Below are positions 35,830-45,714 of a stretch of DNA of 64,000 nt, one piece after another (positions within the stretch are counted from its first letter, which is position 1; each line of letters opens with the position of its first letter). The stretch comes from a virus, in the IMG/VR virus record IMGVR_UViG_3300045988_182866, one strand, 5' to 3'. The notes under the pieces were generated by a model. That model had not been told where the DNA came from. It worked only from the letters and a program-made list of their open reading frames with translations, and did not search any database. A program made the position numbers and the translations under genes.

Positions 35830-36735
35830 CTATAATTTTTCTCTAATTTTCTGGAGGTGTTCAGATATTTCTTTTTTAATGGTTTCTGCATTAGTTTTCC
35901 ATTGGCTGTCCCAAACTTCAATTAAAGTGATTCTGGCATCTTTACAAAGTTGCCTTTTATTTTCATGATAGCCAGGTTCTTTTTCTTCATGTATTTTATG
36001 CCAGTATTCGCCATTATATTCAAGGGCAAGTTTTAATTCAGGAAGATAAATATCCAATTCTTTTCGACCAATAAATTTTCTTGTATTTTCGAGAATTTCT
36101 CCAGGATAAATTGATTTGATAAAATCGCATAACTCCTTTTCACCCTTAGATTTCTTTTCATGAAGGGCACATTTTAAACATCCCCGCCCAGTTAAGTGAT
36201 TATACGCCATTTGAGCAAATTTACCATGGACAGGACAAATAATAATCACATTTGTTTCTGCATTAATATAAATTGTTTTCGAATAATCGAATTTATGTCC
36301 ATGCACTTTTTGAGCACGGTTAATAAATTCTTTTGTGGTTAAACGCTCCAATCCTACGCAACTTTTGCATCCATGCCCCCTTAAATGATTGATGGGATAT
36401 TGCTGAAAAGGTCCATGAACAGGGCAAATAATAGGTACTTTTGCATGATTATTTTTATAGTTTACTTTAGAATAATCATATTTGTTCCCATGAACCTCTC
36501 TTGCTTTCTTTATAAACTTCTCAGTCGTTAAAGATTTTGCATCAACTGCACATTTAAAACATCCCTGACCTCGTAAATGGGCTCCGGCTCTTTGTTGGAA
36601 AGGTCCATGAACCGGGCAAATAACAGTTATAGAACTATAAGCATTTTTATAATTTACTTCAGAATAATCAAAAAAGTCTCCATGTATTTTTCTAGCCCTG
36701 TCAATAAAAATTTCAGTGGTTATTCTGTTGGGCAT
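35830..36735 (-). CDS. putative homing endonuclease: 3x zinc-binding KYDYS repeat modules plus C-terminal DUF559/Vsr-like nuclease
   Basis: repeats F.KA..VHG.KYDYS.V.Y....K..IICP.HG.F.Q....HL.G.GC..C; C-terminal ELDIYLPELKLALEYNGEYWH. Confidence 0.65.
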   Translation of the reverse strand: MPNRITTEIFIDRARKIHGDFFDYSEVNYKNAYSSITVICPVHGPFQQRAGAHLRGQGCFKCAVDAKSLTTEKFIKKAREVHGNKYDYSKVNYKNNHAKVPIICPVHGPFQQYPINHLRGHGCKSCVGLERLTTKEFINRAQKVHGHKFDYSKTIYINAETNVIIICPVHGKFAQMAYNHLTGRGCLKCALHEKKSKGEKELCDFIKSIYPGEILENTRKFIGRKELDIYLPELKLALEYNGEYWHKIHEEKEPGYHENKRQLCKDARITLIEVWDSQWKTNAETIKKEISEHLQKIREKL

Positions 36736-36810
36736 AATAGTTTTTATTCAAAAATAAAAAATCCTCAGATCAATTAAGACCTGAGGATTTTCGGTTATCA
36801 TGATTACAAA

Positions 36811-38415
36811 TCACTTTTCAGATTGTTCATCAACCAAGAATGTTTCTGTTGTTAGAATCAAACCTGCCGATGCAGCGGCGTTTTCAATTGCGCAACGACA
36901 TACACTAAATGGATCAATAATTCCCGCTTCTAACATGTCTACTAACTTTTGCGTCTTAATATCAAACCCGATACTGCCTTTAGCTTTTGCAACCTTTTCG
37001 ATGATAACATCCGGTCGTTCAACTCCGGCATTCTCAAGAAGAGTCTTAAGAGGAATATCAAGAACCTTTCGCATTAAGTTAACACCGGCATTAAAAGATT
37101 CATCTCCTGTTTCAAACTTAATAGACTTGTTTTCTTTAATCTTAGCGAGAACAGATCCTCCTCCTGGAATAACTCCGGATCGTAAAGCCGCTTGACAGGC
37201 ACACACCGCATCGTCTACACGATCCTTAATTTCATTTAATTCAGATTCAGAATTACCTCCGATATTAAGAACACATACTCCTTGGGCAAGCTTGGCAATT
37301 CGCTTATTAAGCACATCTTCTTCCCAGGAACCAGGACTGCAATTATCTCGTTCCTCTTTAAGCAAATCAATATGTTCTTTAAGCCTTTGAGGATTTCCTC
37401 CGCCTTTTAAGAAAGTTGTATATCGTTTATCACAAACAATCTTTTCACAGGTGGCAAAATCTTCCTCTCTAATAGAATTAAAATCACGTGAAAGAAGTTC
37501 AGTAAAATATGTACCCCCTAAAGTAATTTCAAGATCTTCCATTTCTCTCTTCATGCCGTCTCCATATCCGGGACACTTAATGGCACAAATGTTAATAATG
37601 CCTTTAATCTTATTAATGACAAGAGTTTGAAGAACTTCGGATTCAATATCCGGAGCGATAATAAACAAAGGCCTTCCACGAAGTTCTTTAGTATTAAAGA
37701 CCTTTTGAAGAATAGGCATAATTTGTTGATTATTCGTCAATTTAATTCCGGATAAAAGAATTAAGGGATTTTCAAGAATACATTCTTGTTTAGTCGTATT
37801 ATTGACAAAATAAGAACTCATCCAGCCTCGAGGAACTCGTAAACCTGCAATAAACTGGGAAGAAGATTCATTACTCCTGCTGTCATTAATAGTAATGGAA
37901 CCATCCAAACCTACTTTTTCAACAGCTTCAGAAACAAGATGTGCAATTTCTTTATCCCAGTTGGTAGAAACTAAAGCAATTTGGTGAATCTGTTCTGGAG
38001 AACATTCCTGCTTAATATTTTCTTTAATATAGTTGGCAATTGTCTTTGCCGCTGAAATAACTCCGCGTTGAATTAAAATCGGATTATAACCTGTTTCAAT
38101 CAGCTTCATGCCTTCAGATGCAATAGCCCCAGTGAGGATTGCGCTGGTACTGGTCCCATCACCAGCCTGGTGCGCTGATTGCTCGGATGCTTGACGAATA
38201 ATATCTGCACCCATTTTTTCAAGTACATCAGGCGGATTTACATGACGAGCTACTGTAACGCCGTCTTTTGTAATATATGTCGCATTACCCATTCGATATA
38301 TTACATTTCTGCCGCCAGGCCCGAGCGTCGAAGAAACTGCATTAGCAAGTTTCTTTACACCATTAAGCAGTTTCTTCCTGCCTTCATTTCCCATATAAAT
38401 GTTTTGTTGAATCAT
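36811..38415 (-). CDS. groL: chaperonin GroEL
   Basis: 534 aa; LGPGGRNV, AGDGTSTSAILTGAIASEG, VVALVSTN..-type blocks. Confidence 0.85.
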   Translation of the reverse strand: MIQQNIYMGNEGRKKLLNGVKKLANAVSSTLGPGGRNVIYRMGNATYITKDGVTVARHVNPPDVLEKMGADIIRQASEQSAHQAGDGTSTSAILTGAIASEGMKLIETGYNPILIQRGVISAAKTIANYIKENIKQECSPEQIHQIALVSTNWDKEIAHLVSEAVEKVGLDGSITINDSRSNESSSQFIAGLRVPRGWMSSYFVNNTTKQECILENPLILLSGIKLTNNQQIMPILQKVFNTKELRGRPLFIIAPDIESEVLQTLVINKIKGIINICAIKCPGYGDGMKREMEDLEITLGGTYFTELLSRDFNSIREEDFATCEKIVCDKRYTTFLKGGGNPQRLKEHIDLLKEERDNCSPGSWEEDVLNKRIAKLAQGVCVLNIGGNSESELNEIKDRVDDAVCACQAALRSGVIPGGGSVLAKIKENKSIKFETGDESFNAGVNLMRKVLDIPLKTLLENAGVERPDVIIEKVAKAKGSIGFDIKTQKLVDMLEAGIIDPFSVCRCAIENAAASAGLILTTETFLVDEQSEK

Positions 38416-39503
38416 GATTTACAATTATTATAGCATGTTTCTTTGATAAACTTTTTTAATTTTTCCTTATTCTTTCGCCACTGAGTATCTAAAATTTCTA
38501 TTAATTTTATACCTTTTTTCTCACAATCTTTTTTCTTTTGAACATGATAGCCTGGATATTTTTCTTCCTTTAACTTATGATGGTAATCACCGTTGCATTC
38601 AAAGGCTAGATTTAATTCAGGAAGATAAACATCAAGTTCTTTTTTTCCAATAATATCTCTTGGGTTTTCTTGAACCTCGCCTGGATAAATTGATTTAATA
38701 TATTGACAAAGTTCTATTTCACCTTTAGATCTTTTTGATGCCGCTAAGCATTTAGGGCAACCGCTTCCGCGTAGATGCGTATTGGGCAACTGTAAAAATG
38801 GGCCATGTTTTTTACAAGTTATAATAATTTTTGTTTTTGCATTTTTATAAGCTACCAAAGAATAATCATACTTGTCTCCATGAGTAGCTCTAGCTTTTTC
38901 TATAAATTCTTCAATAGTTCTCTTATTATTTCCGGCACAAAATGGGCAGCCGGAGCCTGAAAAATGCTTATCAGGGCGTTGTTCAAAAACTCCATGTATG
39001 GGACATATAATTTTTACTTTTGTTCTTTTATTTTTATAAATTACTAAAGAATAATCATATTTGGTTCCATGAACTTCAATAAATCTTTTTCTAATCTCTT
39101 CCTCAGTTAAAAACTGATTTTTAATTGCACATTTTTTACATCCTTTTCCTATTAAATGGCTTGATGGATCTTGCTTAAGGGTACAACCACATTTATTACA
39201 TTTTATGATTACCTCGGTTGTTGAATTTATATAATTAACTAAAGAATAATCATATCGGCCTTTCCCATGAATTTCTTCAGCTTTTTCTATAAATTCTTCT
39301 GTAGTCCTGTTAAATCCTTTACATTTAGGACAACCATGGCCCATTAAATGAATGTTGGGAATTTGCTCAAAGTAGCCATGTATGGGACAAAATATTTTAA
39401 TTAATGTTTTTGTGTTAAAATATACAACTTCAGAATAACCATACTTATTGCCATGTATTTCAATAGCTTTTTTAATAAACCCTTTAGTTGTTAATCTTTT
39501 CAC
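38412..39503 (-). CDS. putative homing endonuclease: 4x KYDYS zinc modules plus DUF559 nuclease
   Basis: paralog of 35830..36735. Confidence 0.65.
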   Translation of the reverse strand: MKRLTTKGFIKKAIEIHGNKYGYSEVVYFNTKTLIKIFCPIHGYFEQIPNIHLMGHGCPKCKGFNRTTEEFIEKAEEIHGKGRYDYSLVNYINSTTEVIIKCNKCGCTLKQDPSSHLIGKGCKKCAIKNQFLTEEEIRKRFIEVHGTKYDYSLVIYKNKRTKVKIICPIHGVFEQRPDKHFSGSGCPFCAGNNKRTIEEFIEKARATHGDKYDYSLVAYKNAKTKIIITCKKHGPFLQLPNTHLRGSGCPKCLAASKRSKGEIELCQYIKSIYPGEVQENPRDIIGKKELDVYLPELNLAFECNGDYHHKLKEEKYPGYHVQKKKDCEKKGIKLIEILDTQWRKNKEKLKKFIKETCYNNCKS

Positions 39504-39662
39504 GATTTTTAATCATTATAGCACGAATTAATAAATTTCTGCCCGCAATTTGAATCTAAATCTTCGAAAGATATGGAATTACCGCAAGGAGGATGCTTAT
39601 ATTGAACGGGAAAATATCCTTTCTGGCAGCAGCAAGAAGACAGAAGAAATATTACTAATAAT

Positions 39663-40085
39663 TTAACCCCAAGTGAATAATCCATAACCCCAGTACCGGC
39701 TTATATTAGGAAGAGGATTTGGTGTTTCTTCAAGGAAAATAGTCTGGCCGGGATGCCGCTTTTCATATACTTGCTTTACAAGGAAAATAATAAGAGATAT
39801 GAAAAAGTCAATTATAAAATGAACGTTATCTGTCTGTCCCTGTAAAATATTTTCGATGAGGTCAAATTTATTTTCTTTAAGATAATCAATTAGCTCAACC
39901 GGAAGAATATCATCTTCGCCAGCGGCAAAAATATTATCATCAAAATCAAACCCTAGTTCAGATTTAATGCCATCTAAACATTGTTCAAATTCTTCTTTAG
40001 TAAGATCAGTCTTTAACCATACTATATCTCTTTCATCATGTCCATCTCCGGACAAATCACCATATTCAAAACTAAAAATATTCAT
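39663..40085 (-). CDS. acidic hypothetical protein
   Basis: 140-aa ORF. Confidence 0.4.
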   Translation of the reverse strand: MNIFSFEYGDLSGDGHDERDIVWLKTDLTKEEFEQCLDGIKSELGFDFDDNIFAAGEDDILPVELIDYLKENKFDLIENILQGQTDNVHFIIDFFISLIIFLVKQVYEKRHPGQTIFLEETPNPLPNISRYWGYGLFTWG

Positions 40086-40145
40086 ATCAATATAAATGGA
40101 AATTCCGCCTAATATTAAATTAGGCAGAATTTCTTTATTTGTTAA

Positions 40146-41195
40146 TTAATTACCAGCAGGTTTAAAATCTGCAATATTCAGAACCTTAAACAAACCATCG
40201 TTTTGATTAGCTCCTCCCATAATCAACATTGAAGGAAGTTTAATATCTTTAAAAGATTCAAAAAACTTAATTCGTGCATAATTACTTCCCATTGCTGCAT
40301 TCAATTCTCGAATTGCTTCAGCTTCAAGCTTCTTACCTTGAGCTTCTGCGGTCTTCATAGCAAGAAGAGCTTCTGCTTCATTTTTCTTTTGAGCAAGCAT
40401 GGCCAAAGACTCTTGTTCTCGGCGATACCTTGCAGCATCAGATTCAGCCTTAGCCTGAAGAAGTTTACCTTGAGCTTCTGCAGCCATCTTATTGGCAATT
40501 GCCCGGCCTTCTGCATTAGCAATCTCTTCGGAACGCTTTGCAATTTCAAGCTGGGTAGCCTGGCGTTCATATTCCTGAGTAGCCTCAACCTTCTTAGTAA
40601 TACCAAGAGTCACCGATTCAGGTGGAATAGTGGAACCAATAGTTACACTTTCAACAATAAATGGAGTGCCATTAAGTTGCTTCTTAAGGTTAGTTTCTAC
40701 CATCTTGGTGATTTCCGGAATCCTAGAAGGAGCTTCTAGACCTTTAAACTTAGCAATAGCAGATCGTACTTCGGTACGGAAAGGTTGCTGAATAAATGAA
40801 GCGTAAGCATCTTGAGCAATAGCTTCCGGGCATCGAGCTGTTTCAGAGATAGCTCCATAATTTTCAACAAATTCCTTTACTTTTTCACTGTCGATACGAT
40901 AAACAAGATAAGATTCAGCCTTCATCTTAAGCTGGTCCGAACTACGAACATCATCAAAAGTTTCAGTCTGAGTATAAGGAGTTACGCAAATCTTAATAGA
41001 ATTCTGCCTCCATACCATACCTGTACTACCGGGTCCTTTAATTACTTGCTTAAATTCCTTCGAACCAAATATAGGTTCGGAATAAACATAACCTGCGTAA
41101 CCGCCATCGATTTTTTCATTTGAAAAATTAACGGCAAAAATAATAGCCGCAACAACGGCAATAATTAGAAATAGAGCTGCAAAAAAATCCTTCAT
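40146..41195 (-). CDS. SPFH/band-7 (prohibitin/HflK-like) membrane protein
   Basis: N-terminal TM helix, SPFH-like core, A/E/Q-rich coiled-coil tail. Confidence 0.7.
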   Translation of the reverse strand: MKDFFAALFLIIAVVAAIIFAVNFSNEKIDGGYAGYVYSEPIFGSKEFKQVIKGPGSTGMVWRQNSIKICVTPYTQTETFDDVRSSDQLKMKAESYLVYRIDSEKVKEFVENYGAISETARCPEAIAQDAYASFIQQPFRTEVRSAIAKFKGLEAPSRIPEITKMVETNLKKQLNGTPFIVESVTIGSTIPPESVTLGITKKVEATQEYERQATQLEIAKRSEEIANAEGRAIANKMAAEAQGKLLQAKAESDAARYRREQESLAMLAQKKNEAEALLAMKTAEAQGKKLEAEAIRELNAAMGSNYARIKFFESFKDIKLPSMLIMGGANQNDGLFKVLNIADFKPAGN

Positions 41196-41237
41196 GTTTT
41201 ATTTTCTTTTTATTTTTTAATGTGACTAATATTAATG

Positions 41238-41687
41238 TTATACAGAAATATTATTAGTAACTGGAATTCCAACCACTGGAATCTTGGTCTTTAACTTAAT
41301 CTTATAATCCCCCACAACTAAATCCTTTGCCTTTATCTTAGAAATAGCATTGGAAACTGTAGTGATATTATATTTTTTACCTCGTTGAGACTTCACAACA
41401 TCGATAAGATTTCGTTCAACTGCCAACTGAACTTCTGAATCACTAAGTTCCTCAGGAGCTTGAATAATTACATAAGAACGATCTTGAAATTGTTCGACTT
41501 CTGTATCATCCAAAACAATCGGCATTACAAGAAATCGATTTTTAACTCGATTTTTCTTTTCGGTCAATTCTTTCTCTTGCTCAACAAGAGCCTTTGCTTC
41601 CTCCAGAATAATTTTTTGTTTATCCTGAGGTACTTTAGAAGCCGCAAGAATCATCTCAAGGTCTTCAATATCAATTTTTAGTGCCAT
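41238..41687 (-). CDS. hypothetical protein
   Basis: 149-aa ORF. Confidence 0.45.
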   Translation of the reverse strand: MALKIDIEDLEMILAASKVPQDKQKIILEEAKALVEQEKELTEKKNRVKNRFLVMPIVLDDTEVEQFQDRSYVIIQAPEELSDSEVQLAVERNLIDVVKSQRGKKYNITTVSNAISKIKAKDLVVGDYKIKLKTKIPVVGIPVTNNISV

Positions 41688-41690
41688 AGT

Positions 41691-42257
41691 TTATATTTGA
41701 TATGTGATTAAATCCGTTGTCAATTTATTAATTGTTTCAATAAATGCTACCGGGATAGCTTCTTCAATTTTTAGTAAAAGTAATTTTAAGTTCTCATTAA
41801 CTTTAGGGCCAAATAAAATATATTGAGTATCATTGTTTAAATCGACAGAATAAGCTTTAAAATTTGCTTGATTAAAACTTATAACTGTAAATCTATCAAC
41901 AATTAAATTGTTTTTTAAAAAAGTCTCTCTGACAAAATTCTCAAGATCTCTGGAATAAATTCCTCTATGATGATCTACTTCTACTTCAATTAAAAAAGAT
42001 TGATTTATATCAATAAAGTGGTCAAATGAAGCTATTCCTAAAGTATTCCACCAAGTAAAATACCTTTCATTAAGGCCATTCTTTACTTTAATGATTTTGC
42101 TTTTATTGGCAAATGGAGAGTAAATTGTAAAAGCATGTTTAAAATCTTCAATAGTCCTGTAAGCAGGATCTTCAAAGAATTCTTCTTCAAATAAATCGAC
42201 TTGGTAAGTTTTACCATTACCAAGTCGATCAATAAGTTTGAAAACTGCTTGTTTCAT
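41691..42257 (-). CDS. hypothetical protein
   Basis: 188-aa ORF. Confidence 0.45.
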   Translation of the reverse strand: MKQAVFKLIDRLGNGKTYQVDLFEEEFFEDPAYRTIEDFKHAFTIYSPFANKSKIIKVKNGLNERYFTWWNTLGIASFDHFIDINQSFLIEVEVDHHRGIYSRDLENFVRETFLKNNLIVDRFTVISFNQANFKAYSVDLNNDTQYILFGPKVNENLKLLLLKIEEAIPVAFIETINKLTTDLITYQI

Positions 42258-42931
42258 TAACTCTCAGCAACACGAGCCTTCAAACGGGCAAGAGCATCTT
42301 CTTTAGATACAGATTCAATAAATTCATTCATTTCATCTTTAGTATCATTAAGAGTTCCGCTTACTTCAATTGAAGCATCGGCCTTAGAATCTTTCTTTTC
42401 AAGAATCTTATCTACATCTGCCAGCATCCCGTTAAAATCATTTTTGCCTGAAATATTCGCAATATCCTTCAAAGCAGCAAGATCTTCCTTCATAGCAGCA
42501 GATGCAGCCTTCAACTTAATCTGTTCAATTCGAGAATCATAAGAATTAAGAACAACTCTTTGATTACTAATCAACTTATCATAAGTTGCAGTTGCTTCTT
42601 CAAGAGCCTTTTCAGCCATATCAAGCTGTGCCTTAGTATTTTCATATTGAAGAGAAAATTCGGCGGCAAGACTTTCCTTGCCATTCTTAAGAGCAAGAAT
42701 GGCTCGTTCATTGAGAACTTGAACCTTTTGCTTAAGACTCTTTACATTTTTAGTCATGTTGTTTACTGTAGTCTTTACAGCAACCAATCGTTCATAAATT
42801 TCTTGCTCGGCCTTGCTCTTTTCATCTTCGAGAGACGCAATAAGAGCATCAACATTCTTACTTTCAAGTGAATTTACACCAAGATTAAGCCAGCCAAACA
42901 AAACACGTCCCAAACGTCCAATAATTCTCAT
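42257..42931 (-). CDS. PspA/IM30/Vipp1 family protein
   Basis: N-terminus MRIIGRLGRV.. and ERAILALKNGKESLAAEF parallel PspA MGIFSRF.. and ALTNGEENLAREAL; coiled-coil throughout. Confidence 0.7.
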   Translation of the reverse strand: MRIIGRLGRVLFGWLNLGVNSLESKNVDALIASLEDEKSKAEQEIYERLVAVKTTVNNMTKNVKSLKQKVQVLNERAILALKNGKESLAAEFSLQYENTKAQLDMAEKALEEATATYDKLISNQRVVLNSYDSRIEQIKLKAASAAMKEDLAALKDIANISGKNDFNGMLADVDKILEKKDSKADASIEVSGTLNDTKDEMNEFIESVSKEDALARLKARVAES

Positions 42932-42937
42932 ATATTT

Positions 42938-43207
42938 TTAAATTTTAATTTTTTGATTTTCGTCCAAATATTTGTATTCGTTAAGTATTACAAATTGATT
43001 TTTAATACTTTCTTTATCCCAATTAACTCCAATTTCTTTGAATTTATTAACGCTTAATTTAATTTCAGTCTGCCCGTTTCTTATTAACCAAAACTTGGCT
43101 TTTTCATCAATTGTTATTTCTCCATCAGAAGGAATTAAAGTATGGTAATAATTTTCAAGAAATGCTTTTTGATTGCGCGTCCAAAGCCATTTAGGATAAT
43201 CAAGCAT
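42938..43207 (-). CDS. hypothetical protein
   Basis: 89-aa ORF. Confidence 0.4.
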   Translation of the reverse strand: MLDYPKWLWTRNQKAFLENYYHTLIPSDGEITIDEKAKFWLIRNGQTEIKLSVNKFKEIGVNWDKESIKNQFVILNEYKYLDENQKIKI

Positions 43208-43245
43208 ATTAAAATAATAAACTTTTACTATTCTTTTAAAGGTGA

Positions 43246-43710
43246 TTAATTTCCTGCGTATTCAACTAAAAGAACAGAAATATCATGCTTTGTTCGAAAA
43301 TTATACAAAAGATTTTCAAATTCTTTTGGTTTTACTCGTCCTATACCGCATCCCAAAAAAGGCATTACAACAGTATTAAGATGATGAGTGTTCATAACTT
43401 CAAACAAATCGCAAAGAGACAAAGAAATATCTCCCAAATTTGCTATTGAACCAGGATAAAACATGGTTGGAACATTGGCAATCATTTTCCAATTATCTTC
43501 ATCGGACAAATAAAAATAATGGCCTTTACCAATATTAACCATTTTAGAATTACAAGAGTTCTGATAACTCCAGTACATTTCAGGAAATTTATCGGCAAAA
43601 GCTTTTGCAACTCCTGCTCCCATTACTCCGATACAATTGACGGCATTGCAAATTACATCCGCCTTTGTATCAAAGATATTTCCTTTTGTTTTAATAACTT
43701 TAAGAGACAT
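43246..43710 (-). CDS. Macro domain protein (ADP-ribose binding/hydrolase)
   Basis: GNIFDTKADVICNAVNCIGVMGAGVAKAF macrodomain signature. Confidence 0.75.
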   Translation of the reverse strand: MSLKVIKTKGNIFDTKADVICNAVNCIGVMGAGVAKAFADKFPEMYWSYQNSCNSKMVNIGKGHYFYLSDEDNWKMIANVPTMFYPGSIANLGDISLSLCDLFEVMNTHHLNTVVMPFLGCGIGRVKPKEFENLLYNFRTKHDISVLLVEYAGN

Positions 43711-44015
43711 TATAACTCTGGTTCATATTCAATATTACGAAGAATGAATTCTTCCAACCATTCTTGTGAAAGAACTCCAGTGTAGGATTCAAGCTTGTCA
43801 TAGTTCTCATCACAAGCAACAAAAGTAGGAACAGATCGAATTTCGAACTTTTTAACATAAGGCATTGCCGAATTATCCTGATCGACAACAAAACTCATGA
43901 ATTCGATTTCAGGATCTTTTTTATATTTTTCAACTACACGTTCCCAGGCTGGTTTCATCATACGGCATGGACCACATGTAGAAGAAGAAAAAAGTAAAAA
44001 TTTAGTCATTATCAA
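43710..44015 (-). CDS. thioredoxin
   Basis: CGPC active site in 101-aa protein. Confidence 0.8.
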   Translation of the reverse strand: MIMTKFLLFSSSTCGPCRMMKPAWERVVEKYKKDPEIEFMSFVVDQDNSAMPYVKKFEIRSVPTFVACDENYDKLESYTGVLSQEWLEEFILRNIEYEPEL

Positions 44016-44226
44016 AAATAATAATAGTTAGTAGAGCGATAATTCCCCCGAAAATAATTCCAAGAATAGTAGCAGCAATAGAAATCCAAGTTGGAGAAAA
44101 TAACTGAATCCAATTCCAATTAGTAAAAGGCTCATAACCAAACCAATACCAAAATAGAATCATCATCTGAAGAAATCCTCCAACAGATAAACCATTATTA
44201 ATAGCTTTATTTGTTATATTCTTCAT
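44002..44226 (-). CDS. small membrane protein
   Basis: 74 aa, two TM segments. Confidence 0.35.
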   Translation of the reverse strand: MKNITNKAINNGLSVGGFLQMMILFWYWFGYEPFTNWNWIQLFSPTWISIAATILGIIFGGIIALLTIIIFDND

Positions 44227-44248
44227 TAAAAATATAATATGAAAATTC

Positions 44249-44584
44249 TTAGTTATCGAAAGTGCTCAACTCTGAAGTTTGAAGTTCTGCATTCCAAATT
44301 GGTTTCCAACTATATTTGTCATCATAAGGAGTCATAGGAATAATCCTGGGAGCTTCTTTATTATTAATAACTTTTTCTTTATTAATAATATCTTGAGCCT
44401 CTTTATAACATTTCTCCATAATAGATGAAATATTATCAGACTTAATAGTTGCTATCGGCTTCTTTTCCTCTTCAATAATAATATTAATAATCTTCCTAAG
44501 TTTAAAATCTGACAACTTGGAAAGATCAATTTGTTTTACCATTTTGATAAGGATTTCTCTTTGAGTTTCAGTTTCCGAGCTCAT
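44249..44584 (-). CDS. hypothetical protein
   Basis: 111-aa ORF. Confidence 0.4.
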   Translation of the reverse strand: MSSETETQREILIKMVKQIDLSKLSDFKLRKIINIIIEEEKKPIATIKSDNISSIMEKCYKEAQDIINKEKVINNKEAPRIIPMTPYDDKYSWKPIWNAELQTSELSTFDN

Positions 44585-44798
44585 CTTTAAATTTGTTTAA
44601 AAGTTTTTGTTGCTGTTCTTTTGTCAAGGAATTAAAGAATTTAAGAAAAGGATTTTCTCGAATCTTCTTAAATTCTTCCCCAATAGTCTTGAATGTTTCA
44701 TCAAGCTCTTTTTTGAAATTAGAAATTTCGGCCGATTGAATCTTTTTTCGAAGATCTTCTACTGGTTTTGGATCACGTGGTTTAAATTTTAAGCTCAT
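44568..44798 (-). CDS. hypothetical protein
   Basis: 76-aa ORF. Confidence 0.35.
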   Translation of the reverse strand: MSLKFKPRDPKPVEDLRKKIQSAEISNFKKELDETFKTIGEEFKKIRENPFLKFFNSLTKEQQQKLLNKFKDELGN

Positions 44799-45100
44799 GA
44801 ATATTTTCCGTTTCTTTTCTTAATGGTTCTTAATTCTTGAATACTAGCTAATTCTTTTTCTTCGTTAATATAATAATTAAAAATTAACTTTGCAGCTTTA
44901 TATTGTGCATCCATATCATTCCATTTATATGGAAAAATCGCAAGAATTGTATTCCCTGTAATTATTCTAAATTCAGAATTAAAATGAACTCCTCCCCAAT
45001 CATCGACATAACTATCTTCAAATCTAACTAATTCAATCGATCCCGATTTTTTGTCGTGCTTCTCTATATTTTTCATCAATTTTTTTCGAGGATTTCTCAA
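44795..45100 (-). CDS. hypothetical protein
   Basis: 101-aa ORF. Confidence 0.4.
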   Translation of the reverse strand: MRNPRKKLMKNIEKHDKKSGSIELVRFEDSYVDDWGGVHFNSEFRIITGNTILAIFPYKWNDMDAQYKAAKLIFNYYINEEKELASIQELRTIKKRNGKYS

Positions 45101-45365
45101 GAAATGCTTTTATCTTATCTTCAAAAAGACTTTCAAGACAAATTATTAATGCCACTAATAATGATATAGGCCAAAATATAGATAAGAATAATTTAAAAAA
45201 TAAAGATTCCTTTATTCCTTCATATAAAAAACAATATAAAAAACTAAATGGATGCTTTATTGCTTTTTTAAAACTAAAATTTAAATTAAAATCTATAAAA
45301 TCATAAAGATTAAATCCTAAAAAAGATAAAAAAGCAATAATGATATATCCTGCTAATATATTCAT
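45033..45365 (-). CDS. membrane protein
   Basis: 110 aa, hydrophobic. Confidence 0.35.
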   Translation of the reverse strand: MNILAGYIIIAFLSFLGFNLYDFIDFNLNFSFKKAIKHPFSFLYCFLYEGIKESLFFKLFLSIFWPISLLVALIICLESLFEDKIKAFLEKSSKKIDEKYREARQKIGID

Positions 45366-45697
45366 AATTCTTTAATTTCTTCGGGAAGAACTTTTTTACG
45401 AAGCAAACTTTCTTTAAACCATTTGAAGTTTTTAATAGAAAACCAGCTAAATTTTTCATCAGGCTTAAAAAATTCTTTCTTAAAAGATAGAAGATCGTTA
45501 AATATTTCCACCCTCATCTGATTATAAAATTTATCATCTGTAACTACAATAATTTGACCATTTTCCTTTTCATAAAGAGTCAAAATATCTCCTTCTGTTT
45601 GACCAAAATAAATTTCTTTGGCGTTAAACTTATATGTTATTCCATCAGATCTATTGACAATAGTCCGATCAATACAGTCTTTACAGTCTTTATCCAT
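45362..45697 (-). CDS. hypothetical protein
   Basis: 111-aa ORF. Confidence 0.4.
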   Translation of the reverse strand: MDKDCKDCIDRTIVNRSDGITYKFNAKEIYFGQTEGDILTLYEKENGQIIVVTDDKFYNQMRVEIFNDLLSFKKEFFKPDEKFSWFSIKNFKWFKESLLRKKVLPEEIKEL

Positions 45698-45714
45698 AAT
45701 TTATTAAATATTAA

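Noticed and set aside
36800-37195. 131-aa plus-strand ORF
   Set aside because: Lies antisense inside the well-supported groEL gene.
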